Shown one piece after another: positions 11,724-20,516 of a stretch of 64,000 nucleotides of DNA; the stretch's first letter is position 1; each line of letters starts with the position of its first letter. The position numbers and the translations under genes are program-made. This stretch comes from an uncultured Gemmatimonadaceae bacterium (GTDB lineage Bacteria > Gemmatimonadota > Gemmatimonadetes > Gemmatimonadales > Gemmatimonadaceae), in assembly GCA_963716745.1 (NCBI GenBank), contig OY970320.1:2688001-2752000 (forward strand). Direction: 5' to 3'. The notes beneath the pieces were generated by a model. That model did no database searches, was not told the DNA's origin, and saw only the letters and a program-made list of their open reading frames with translations.

Positions 11724-13399
11724 CGGTCGCGCGGGCGCGAAGGACGGCCGCCGCGCGCCCCGCCGGCGCCGCGACCACCGCGCGAGCCGCCGCGATCCTC
11801 ACGCGGCGGGGGTTTCATGCCATCGCCGCGACGCGGACCGTCGCCGCCGCGCGGCGGACCGTCGCCACGCCGCGGCCGCAATCCCGACTTGCTCGCCGAA
11901 CTCGGCGGACCGGAGCGCCCCTCGTCATCGATGCGCGCCGCGAGCCGGCGCCCTTTCACGGTGACGCCAGTGATCGCCCGCGCCACCTTGCCCGCCACGT
12001 CGCTCGCGATCTCCACGAGTGCGTGCGTCTCGCGCAGGTCCACCTTGCCGATCTGCTCGCGCGAGATGCCGGCCTCGTTCGCGATCGCGCCCACTAAGTC
12101 GCTGGGCCCGATGCGGTCCTTGGTGCCGCCGTTCACGTAGAGCTTGGTGAACTCGCCCTTGGGCGAGCGGCCCGCGCGTTCACTGCGCTCGCCGCGCTCG
12201 CCGCGCTCGCCGCGATCGCCGCGTTTGGCGCCATCCATGCCGGCCGAGAAGACGGGCACGGCGATCGGCGTGACCTCGCGCGCGCGCTCGAGCAGGCGCA
12301 GCGCCGCGGCCGCGACCTCCACGCCGTCGAACTCCGCGAGCAGCGGTTCGAGTGCGAGCAGTTCGCGCGCGGGAATCCCATCCGCGAGCACGGCGCGCAG
12401 ATCCTCGCGCATGCGCTCTTCGCGGGTGAGGGCGCGCGCCGCGGGGCCGGAGAGCGTGAGCGGCGCGACGCGTCCGCCGCCCGACAGCGCGCGCAGGGCA
12501 GGGAGCTGGCGCGGCGTCGCGAGCGCGACGAGCGTGCCGCCCGCGGCGTGGAGCGCGACCGCGGTCTCGCGGTCCAGCGGCGATTCATAGAGCACGACGA
12601 GCGTCGCGCCGGGTACCGGCGTGCCGCGCGTCACCTCCACGCTGTTGTCGCCTTCGCCCACGCCGAGCGAGAGCATGATGGCGCGCACTTCGCGCTCGGC
12701 GTCATCGCTGCGCACGTAGATCGCGGCGTGTTCGGGATCGAGATCGTCGAGCAGCCGGCGGAGCGCGCTCGCGCGGGCGCGGGGCGCGACCGCAATGTAC
12801 GCGAAGTCGATCGCGAGTCCATCCACCGCCGCGACGACGCCGGTGCGGCGCGCGCGCCAGGCGTAGCGCTCGACGAGCGCTTCCACCGCCGGCGTGAGTT
12901 GCGATGTGACCACCGTGCGCGCGGCGTCCTTTGGCACTTCGGCGATCACCGCCGCGAGCGCGTCGGCGACCGCGACCGCGGCAGTCGTGCCGTCGGCCAT
13001 CGCGTCGGCCCACGCGATGATCACGTGGCGCACCGTGTCGAGCTTGAGGATCGAGCCGTGGAGCAGCGTGAGGAGCTCGAGCGGAGAACCGGCGATCACC
13101 GCCGCCGGGCGCGCGCGCAGCAATCGCGCGGCGCGGCGGCTGCCGGTGACGGGCAGTACGCGCAATGGAGCGCCGGCGCTCGTGCGCGTGGCCGCCTCGG
13201 CGATCAGCACCGCCGTCTCATCGTCCGGGGTGAGCACCAGCACCTGCGTCTCGGCGGCATCGGGCGCGATGCGGGCGAGCACGGGATCGAGGAATTGCGC
13301 CACGGCCGCCGCGTCCTGCGGCAGCACGTACAGCACGTTCTGCCCGCGGGCGACGCCCGCGCGCTCCGATCCCGATTCGTCCGCTCGCTCCAAGTCCAC
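11720..13399 (-). CDS. DEAD-box-helicase-like protein with C-terminal DbpA RNA-binding domain; catalytic motifs degenerate
   Basis: C-terminal [37 protein letters not shown] matches the DbpA/CsdA RBD and is followed by an RG-rich tail. The N-terminus has a RecA-like layout ([22 protein letters not shown]) without GKT or DEAD. GTG start with a GGAGG RBS. Confidence 0.75.
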   Translation of the reverse strand: MDLERADESGSERAGVARGQNVLYVLPQDAAAVAQFLDPVLARIAPDAAETQVLVLTPDDETAVLIAEAATRTSAGAPLRVLPVTGSRRAARLLRARPAAVIAGSPLELLTLLHGSILKLDTVRHVIIAWADAMADGTTAAVAVADALAAVIAEVPKDAARTVVTSQLTPAVEALVERYAWRARRTGVVAAVDGLAIDFAYIAVAPRARASALRRLLDDLDPEHAAIYVRSDDAEREVRAIMLSLGVGEGDNSVEVTRGTPVPGATLVVLYESPLDRETAVALHAAGGTLVALATPRQLPALRALSGGGRVAPLTLSGPAARALTREERMREDLRAVLADGIPARELLALEPLLAEFDGVEVAAAALRLLERAREVTPIAVPVFSAGMDGAKRGDRGERGERGERSERAGRSPKGEFTKLYVNGGTKDRIGPSDLVGAIANEAGISREQIGKVDLRETHALVEIASDVAGKVARAITGVTVKGRRLAARIDDEGRSGPPSSASKSGLRPRRGDGPPRGGDGPRRGDGMKPPPREDRGGSRGGRGAGGARGGRPSRPRDR

Positions 13400-13492
13400 C
13401 TGATGCCTCCGGATTTTCAATGGCGCCGCTCGCTGCGCGAGAGTAAAGTATAGCGACGTGACCCCGCCCACTCCAGCCACGACTTCGCGCGC

Positions 13493-14704
13493 GTGACCGA
13501 AAAATCCGCCGGCGCCTTCCATCCGTCGGCCAACATCGCGTTCCTCAAGGAGTCGGCGACGATCGCCGTCTCCGCACGCGCCAAAGCATTGAAAGCGGCC
13601 GGCCGCCACGTGATCGACCTCGGCGCCGGTGAGCCGGACTTCGATACGCCGTCGTTCATCAGCGCGGCCGCGGCGCGCGCGGTGGAGAACGGCGCGACGC
13701 ACTACACCGCCACCGAAGGGATCCTGCCGCTGCGCGAAGCGATCGCGGCTGACGCGCGCGAACGGTACCACGGCGCGGTGCCGGTGGACGCGAAGGACAT
13801 CGTCGTCTCGAACGGTTCGAAGCAGTCGCTGTTCAATATCTGCTTCGCGCTCTTCGGCGCCGGCGACGAGGTGCTGATCCCCACGCCGAGCTGGACGAGC
13901 TACTTCGAGATGGTGGCGCTGGCGCGCGCGACGGCGGTGCCGGTGCCCGGCGATGCGAAGCGGAGTCTCACCGTGACGGCCGAACTGCTCGAGCGCGCCG
14001 CCACGCCGCGCACGCGCGGCGTGATGCTGAACTCGCCGAGCAATCCGAGCGGCGCGGTGTATTCGGCGGATGCGCTGCGCGACATCCTAGCGCTCGCGGA
14101 GCGGCGCGACTGGTGGGTGATCAGCGATGAGATCTACCGCCGCATCAGTTACGACGGGCCGGCGGCGAGCCTGCTCGATCTCGCGACGCGGCGGGAGCGG
14201 CTCGTGATCGTGGATGGCGTGGCCAAGGCGTACGCGATGACGGGCTGGCGCATCGGCTGGGCGATCGCGCCGCGCACGCTCGCCGCGGCAATGACGGGGT
14301 TCCAGTCGCACACGACATCGAACGCGAGCGCGGCATCGCAGCACGCGGCGCTTGCGGCGTTGAGCGATCGCACGCAGGCGGAGCCGGCGATCGCCGCCAT
14401 GGTAGCGGAGTTCCGCGAGCGCCGCGATGCGATCGTTTCGGAACTCAAGAGCGAGCCGCGCCTCGAGTACGTGCCGATGGCGGGCGCGTTCTATCTGTTC
14501 GCGCGCATCGCGCCCGAGGGCGCGCCAGGCGATCCGGGCGCCGAGTTCGCGCAGGCGATGCTCGAGAAACACGATGTCGCCATCGTTCCGGGCAGCGCAT
14601 TCGGCACGCCATCGTGGGTGCGCCTTTCTTACGCCGCGCCGCGCGAACAGGTGCTCACCGGCGTGCGGAAGCTGATCGAGCTGTATCGCGAGCGCACGGG
14701 GTGA
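13493..14704 (+). CDS. PLP-dependent aminotransferase class I/II (aspartate aminotransferase-like)
   Basis: LGAGEPDFDTP, NGSKQSL, NSPSNPSGAVY, SDEIY and KAYAMTGWRIG. Confidence 0.93.
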   Translation: MTEKSAGAFHPSANIAFLKESATIAVSARAKALKAAGRHVIDLGAGEPDFDTPSFISAAAARAVENGATHYTATEGILPLREAIAADARERYHGAVPVDAKDIVVSNGSKQSLFNICFALFGAGDEVLIPTPSWTSYFEMVALARATAVPVPGDAKRSLTVTAELLERAATPRTRGVMLNSPSNPSGAVYSADALRDILALAERRDWWVISDEIYRRISYDGPAASLLDLATRRERLVIVDGVAKAYAMTGWRIGWAIAPRTLAAAMTGFQSHTTSNASAASQHAALAALSDRTQAEPAIAAMVAEFRERRDAIVSELKSEPRLEYVPMAGAFYLFARIAPEGAPGDPGAEFAQAMLEKHDVAIVPGSAFGTPSWVRLSYAAPREQVLTGVRKLIELYRERTG

Positions 14705-14732
14705 ACGCGGGCGGGCGCGATCGGCTGGCGTC

Positions 14733-15284
14733 ATGAGCGGCGTGACGTATCTTGGGGCGCACTGGTGCGGGGAGGATCTCGTGCAGATCGCACTGCAGGT
14801 CGAGCCGGCGCGGGGAATGCCGGTGGCGGTCGAATACCGGTGGGATGCCGACACCGCGATCCTCGTCGCGCACCTGGAGGACATCGAGGCGGGCAACGGC
14901 ATGTCGGGCTCGGTGGAACTCTCCGGCAACGATGGCTCGTGGCTCGTGCTCGACGTGAAGAACGGACAGGTGCGCGGCGTGGAGGTCGCGGTCTGGCCGG
15001 ATGTGCGGAAGCACGCGGGACTGAAGGCGCCCGCGGAGGTGGAGGCCGCGAAAGTCACCGTGCCCAACCGCAAGTCGGAGCCGGGCGTCGCGGTGCTGCA
15101 AATGGACACGTCGCTCGTGGCAGAATCGAATCCGGCGCAGAGCATCGTCCATTTCCGGCTCGGCGGGCGTCGCGCCGCGCGCACGCTGCGCATCGCGCGC
15201 GATGTGCTCGTTGAGATCGACGATCATGATGTGCTCTCTGGCGTTTGGCTCCTGAACGTGCCCCCATTCCCGGCGGAAGAGTGA
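14733..15284 (+). CDS. Hypothetical protein, possibly two tandem DUF2283-like modules
   Basis: 183 aa with typical codon usage. Two similar segments: YRWDADTAILVAHL...LVLDVKNGQVRGVEV and NPAQSIVHFRL...VLVEIDDHDVLSGVWL. Confidence 0.6.
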   Translation: MSGVTYLGAHWCGEDLVQIALQVEPARGMPVAVEYRWDADTAILVAHLEDIEAGNGMSGSVELSGNDGSWLVLDVKNGQVRGVEVAVWPDVRKHAGLKAPAEVEAAKVTVPNRKSEPGVAVLQMDTSLVAESNPAQSIVHFRLGGRRAARTLRIARDVLVEIDDHDVLSGVWLLNVPPFPAEE

Positions 15285-15559
15285 TCACCACCATCGTGCT
15301 CATCAAATGCGATCCCAAGCGGATCCCGCAAGCGGCGCTCAAACTCGCCGGCGTGGACGGCGTGTCGGAGGTCTATTCGGTATCGGGGGAGTGGGATCTG
15401 GTCGCGATCGTGCGAGTGGCCGAGTACGACCAGATTGCGAAGGTGGTCACCGAGGAATTCGCGGCGGTGCCAGGGCTCGAACGAACGCAGACGCTCACGG
15501 CATTCCGGGCGTACTCACGCAAGGATCTTGAGCAGGCGTGGGACATTGGCTCCGAATAA
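15281..15559 (+). CDS. Stand-alone Lrp/AsnC ligand-binding (RAM) domain protein
   Basis: GVSEVYSVSGEWDLVAIVRV...VPGLERTQTL with no HTH. GTGA overlap with the upstream gene. Confidence 0.85.
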   Translation: MITTIVLIKCDPKRIPQAALKLAGVDGVSEVYSVSGEWDLVAIVRVAEYDQIAKVVTEEFAAVPGLERTQTLTAFRAYSRKDLEQAWDIGSE

Positions 15560-15640
15560 CGGCAGGGGCGGGAGTCGTGCGTCGTGCGTGAGGGCGGAGG
15601 GGCGGCGGCGGGGGTAACGCATCGTGCGTGAGATGCCGCG

Positions 15641-17193
15641 CTACGCGATTTCCGGTGCCAGTTGAAAACTCAGCCGGAATCTCTCGACGAAGGTCCTGAG
15701 TTTGCTGACGCTTTGTTCGGATGAAGCTAGTGCGACGTGGCCGTCGGGCCGGACAAGATAAAGAGCATCCCGCTTGAGTCCGGCATCTTTCGTGCCGTCG
15801 CTCCACGCGAAGGAATGCAACGGCAGGTGAAGCTCGCGACAGGCGGTTTCGAGAGCTTCTGTCGCTATCGCCGTACACATGTGCTTGCCAATCCAAGGAA
15901 CGCAAAGGCTCGAAATTATCGTGTGCCGTGTCTCCGGTCCAAGGAAGACGGTCGCCGCCGTGGACATCACCGGCGACGCCTTGGCTGAGCGGACTGTCTG
16001 GATAGTGAATGCGCATTTGAGAAATCGTGCGGAAGATCGCATGGCGGCCCAGACTGAAGCGGGTGACGACACCGAACACGAGAGGCGCGACAATCTTTCT
16101 CGTAAACTCGCCCGACTGCTCCTTCCCCGACTAAGCCCGTAAAGGCGCGATCCGTGGTGGATACAAGTGAACGCGCAAAGCCGATCCGCTCGGGCTCGTA
16201 GGTGTCGAGAAGCGATGTGTCGGCGCGGTTCTGCAGCACGTGCGCTATTTTCCAGCCGAGATTGACGGCATCGCCGATTCCGGTGTTCATGCCCTGACCG
16301 CCTGCAGGACTATGGATGTGGCCTGCATCGCCCACAAGGAAAGCGCGCCCCACCCGGAATTTGTCGGCAACGCGATGGTGGACGCGATAGGTAGAGAACC
16401 AATTTACTTCGCGTCACTTTGATATCAAGAAGCGGCTCGACCTGCGCGCGGATGTCTTCAAAGCCGAGTTTTTCGCGATGTGACAGTTCGGGCGGTACGA
16501 GGCCGATCAAGCGCTGCATTCCACTCGACCGCACCGGGAACATCAACGTGAGGATGTGTTCGCCGAGGTTGATGTACAGATCCCGGGAGAAGCCGCGCGC
16601 GATCTTCACGTCCGCGACATAGAAGAGTTGCTCATAGGTGCCGCCCGGAAAACCGAGCTGGAGAGTTTCCCGCACACAGCTACGCGCGCCATCACAGCCG
16701 CAGATGTATGCGCTTTCCGCCTGCTCAATCCCGGCCGGCATTGTGCTCGATGGTGGCTCGAACGCCGTTTTCGCTCTCGCTAAAGCCGGTTAGCTTCGCG
16801 CCCCACTCGACTTGACAACCCGCATCCTTGAGCTTCTCGATCAGGAACCGTTCGTGATCGTCCTGCGGATAAGCGAGTGCGAATGGATACGGGCTGAGAC
16901 CAGCGCCCATTTCCTTGAAACTGATGGAGAGAACTTCTCGACTACCGACCGGAACCACCCTCGCGCACATGGGCCGTTTCGGCGACCACACCTTGTTCGA
17001 TGACTTCCCGCGCAAAGCCATATTGGCCGTAGAATTCGAGTGTGCGCGCCTGCACCACCATGGCGCGCGATTCCTCGCCCGGGCCGTCGGCTTCAGAAAT
17101 GATGCGGCATTGCACATTCCGGCGGGTCAGAGCCAACGCCAAATTTAGTCCGCTGGGACCAGCGCCAACGATGAGAACGGGGACCTTCTGCAT
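15641..17193 (-). CDS. FAD-dependent monooxygenase (PheA/TfdB-like), broken into several frames (pseudogene or assembly error)
   Basis: VLIVGAGPSGL, QARTLE, GCDGARSCVRE, FLVGDAGHIHSPAGGQGMNTGIGDAVNLGWK and YLVRPDGHV are spread over ORFs 16942-17487, 16725-17117, 16310-16741, 15967-16353, 15495-16079 and 15641-16093. Confidence 0.85.
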
Positions 17194-17210
17194 GGTCCTG
17201 GAGCGAGCAG

Positions 17211-18236
17211 CTAGTGCCCCGCGCTCCCCGTGGACACCGGTTTCACCGGCGCGCCATCCACCGTCGGCCGCTCGTCGAGGCACCAATTCGAGCGCGCCCG
17301 GTACACCTCGCTCCACTTGCCGTTCTTCCAGCCGAGCACCGTGAGGAAGGTGTCGCCGCCGTAGGTCCATCCCTCGAGGATGATCTCGTCCACGCCGTCG
17401 CCGGTGAGGTCGAGATGGTCGAAGTAACGGCGGAAGGCGGCCGTCACGAGGGGGCCGTTGATCCGGTGCGCGAACGTCGCGTGCCACGCTCCCGCGGAAT
17501 CCTTGTCGGCCACGAGCAGGATGTGCGTGGTCTTCGCGCCCGTGGATGACGAACGTTCGGCCGAGGGATCGATGAACGACGCGACGATCGTATTCGATTT
17601 CGTCGCGCCCGAGGGGAAGCTCACCGCGTGGAAGTCGAGCGAGTCGAGCACGGCCGGCTTGATGCCCGCGGCCAGCGCCACCTCGGCGGCCACGCCACGC
17701 GCGATCTTCACGATCTCGGCGGGCGCCATCGGTTGCGGCGTACGCGAAACGCCAAGTGTGCCGTTCGACGCGAGCATTTCCAGCGTGAAGTCATTGCGCA
17801 CGCGCAGCGCGTTGGCGTGCACCGCGGCCAGCGGCGTGAGCGTGTGGCAGCCGGGCAGCGTGTAGAGCGGGTTCCCCGGGCGCTCCCACATGCCCTGCCG
17901 CACTTCGGCGTTCCCGCTCGAGTGGCCGTCCTGATAGATGGTGTAACTCTTCCCGTGACGCAGATACTGCGCGTCGAACTTCTGCCAATTCTCGGCGGTG
18001 AGTTGGATCGGTTTGAGCTTTCCACCGGAGATCGTCGCCACCGGCACCATGCGCGCGTCGCCCGTCTCACCGAAGATCTGGAAGAGGATCACCGGGTGCG
18101 ATGCGAGGTTCAGCTCCTCACCGGGCGGGATGCGCGGTGGCCCCGCAGCCTTGCCGGCTTGCAGGAACGCGTTTGCTTTGTCACATCCGGTGGCGACCAC
18201 TAGAATGGTCGCGAGCAGAGCGAGTCGTGATCTCAC
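17211..18236 (-). CDS. Hypothetical lipoprotein with a C-terminal DxxGDG (FG-GAP/VCBS-like) motif
   Basis: Signal peptide ending VVATGC, and DLTGDGVDEIIL near the C-terminus. Confidence 0.65.
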   Translation of the reverse strand: MRSRLALLATILVVATGCDKANAFLQAGKAAGPPRIPPGEELNLASHPVILFQIFGETGDARMVPVATISGGKLKPIQLTAENWQKFDAQYLRHGKSYTIYQDGHSSGNAEVRQGMWERPGNPLYTLPGCHTLTPLAAVHANALRVRNDFTLEMLASNGTLGVSRTPQPMAPAEIVKIARGVAAEVALAAGIKPAVLDSLDFHAVSFPSGATKSNTIVASFIDPSAERSSSTGAKTTHILLVADKDSAGAWHATFAHRINGPLVTAAFRRYFDHLDLTGDGVDEIILEGWTYGGDTFLTVLGWKNGKWSEVYRARSNWCLDERPTVDGAPVKPVSTGSAGH

Positions 18237-18369
18237 GAGTGGCGCGTGTCCTTTCGACGGAGCGGGCAACGGATCCGTGATCGCAGAAACCAGCACACCA
18301 AACGACTCCATGGGCGGGGCGCCCAAAGAGCCGCATCTCATAGACGCGGAAGGGGTTGAGTATGCAACG

Positions 18370-19254
18370 ATGAGGCCCCTCCCGGTACCCGGCAGGCGGA
18401 TTATCGGGGTCGCGGCCGCGGCCCTCGTGGCGGCGCTCGCGGCGGGCGCCCTTCACGCGCAGGCGCCCGTGCCCCTGCGCATCCACCCGCGCGTGGGCGA
18501 CACGCTGCACACCCGGTTCGAGCAGGACGTGGAGATGACCGCCGCCACGAAAGTGCGGGGCAAGGACACCACGCTCACGAACCGCACGAGTACGCTCGTG
18601 ATCGCGCGGCTCATCGTGCTCCGCCTCGAGGGCGATGGCGCGCTGCTGGAAGCGATCACGGATTCGGTGGCGGTTCTGACGGTCGGCGAGCAGGCGATCA
18701 CGCCGAGCGAGGGCGCGCGGCGCGCGATGCAGAAGCGGCGCATCCAGCTGCATGTGCATGCCGACGGCGCGGTGCGAGTGGAGGCGCCTTCCGACCTCGA
18801 CCGCGACCTCGGCTCGCTCGTCGGCACCATGCCGGCCACGCTACCGGCGGCGCCGATGAGCGTGGGCGGAAAATGGGAGAACGCGGTGGCCGTCCCGGTG
18901 GGCGGTGAGAGTGGCGACGGAAAAGGCGCGCGGCTCCGGGCGGAGTACACGTTCGACTCGACGGCCACGGCGCCCGTACGAGACTTCATCAGCGTGCGCG
19001 GCGTGATCGCGCGCGATTCGTCGGGCGGCGCGCTGAAGGACGGCACGCGCATGACGTCGGCGGGCGCGATGACGGGCACCGTGATCCTCGACCGCGCGCG
19101 CGGATGGTGGAACGACTCCAAGATCGTGATCACGATCAATTCCGTGATCACGCCGGCGATGGCGACGGGCGGGCCGCCGGTGCAGGTGCGCACGCGGATC
19201 ACCGAGCGGATCCGCACCGACGAGCCGCACCCTGGGGCGGCGCCGAAGGGCTGA
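18370..19254 (+). CDS. Hypothetical secreted beta-rich protein
   Basis: Signal peptide ending ALHA-Q, followed by LRIHPRVGDT and beta-strand-rich sequence. Confidence 0.65.
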   Translation: MRPLPVPGRRIIGVAAAALVAALAAGALHAQAPVPLRIHPRVGDTLHTRFEQDVEMTAATKVRGKDTTLTNRTSTLVIARLIVLRLEGDGALLEAITDSVAVLTVGEQAITPSEGARRAMQKRRIQLHVHADGAVRVEAPSDLDRDLGSLVGTMPATLPAAPMSVGGKWENAVAVPVGGESGDGKGARLRAEYTFDSTATAPVRDFISVRGVIARDSSGGALKDGTRMTSAGAMTGTVILDRARGWWNDSKIVITINSVITPAMATGGPPVQVRTRITERIRTDEPHPGAAPKG

Positions 19255-19312
19255 TCGGGGCGGAGAGGGTGGTTTCTGGCGCCACAGTCGCGCCACCGTC
19301 TACATTTACGGT

Positions 19313-20516
19313 GTGCGGCTCGTACACCTCGCTGACCTCCATCTCGGCTTCCGCCAGTACCACCGGCTGACGCCCATCGGGATGAACCAGCGCGAAGCGG
19401 ACGTCGCGGAGGCGTTCCGCCGCGCGGTCGATCGCGTGATAGCGCTGCGCCCGGACATCGTGGTCATCGCCGGCGACGTGTTCCACACCGTGCGGCCGAT
19501 GAACCCCGCGATCATCCACGCCTTCCAGCAATTCTCGCGGCTCAGAGCGGCGCTGCCCGACGCGATCATGGTGATGGTCGCGGGCAATCACGACCGCCCG
19601 CGCAGTGCGGAGACGGGCTGCATTCTGCGCCTGTTCACGCCGCTCGGTTTCCACGTGGCCGACGAGACGGTGCAGCGCTTCTCCTTCCCGGAGCGCGGGC
19701 TATCCATTCTCGCGGTGCCCGATCTCACCGGGGCGCTGCCCGAGCTCGCGCCGGAGCCGGGGATCAAGCACAACGTGCTCGTGCTGCACGGCGAAGTGGA
19801 GGGGATGCTCCCCGAGCACATGGCGCGCGTGGATCGCGCGGTGATGGAGATCCCGCAAGCCGCGATCGGACCTGCGCGGTGGAGCTACGTGGCGCTCGGC
19901 CACTATCACGTGCAGCGCGAGATCGCGCCGAACTGCTACTACTCGGGCTCGCTCGAGTACACGAGCGCGAATCCGTGGGGCGAGCTCGTGGAGGAGCGCG
20001 AGGCCGATCTCGCGGGCAAGAGTTTCATCGAGTACGACCTGGACGCCCGCGCGCCGCGCTTCCACAAGCTCGATGCCAGCCGTCCGCTGGTGAATCTGCT
20101 CGCGGTGTCGGCGCGCGGGATGTCGGCGTCGGAACTCGATGCGGCGATAAAGGAGCGTGTCGAGACCACGCCGCGGCGGCATCGACGACAAGATCGTGCG
20201 GCTCGTCGTGCGCGATGTGCCGCGCCACGTGGTGCGCGAGCTCGACCAGAAGGCGCTGCGCGACTACAAGCGGCGGGCGCTGCATTTCCATCTCGACACG
20301 CGGCGCCCCGAGATCGCGCGCGTCGCGAGTAACGGCGCGCCGGGCCGCCGGGCGACGCTGCCGGAGACGGTGGAGCACTATCTCGCGAAGCGGCCGATGG
20401 AATCGGGGATCGATCGCGCGGCGTTCGTTGCTCTCGGGCTTCGCTACCTGCAGGAGGCGGACGAGGCGATCCAGGCGTCGGGCGCGCTGCCCGGCGCGGA
20501 GGGCGCGAGCGCATGA
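19313..20516 (+). CDS. sbcD: SbcD/Mre11 nuclease subunit, frameshift near 20170
   Basis: Metallophosphoesterase motifs DLHLG, AGDVFH, GNHD, LHG, LGHYH and YSGS. The C-terminus is in ORF 20157..20516. ATGA overlap with sbcC. Confidence 0.9.
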
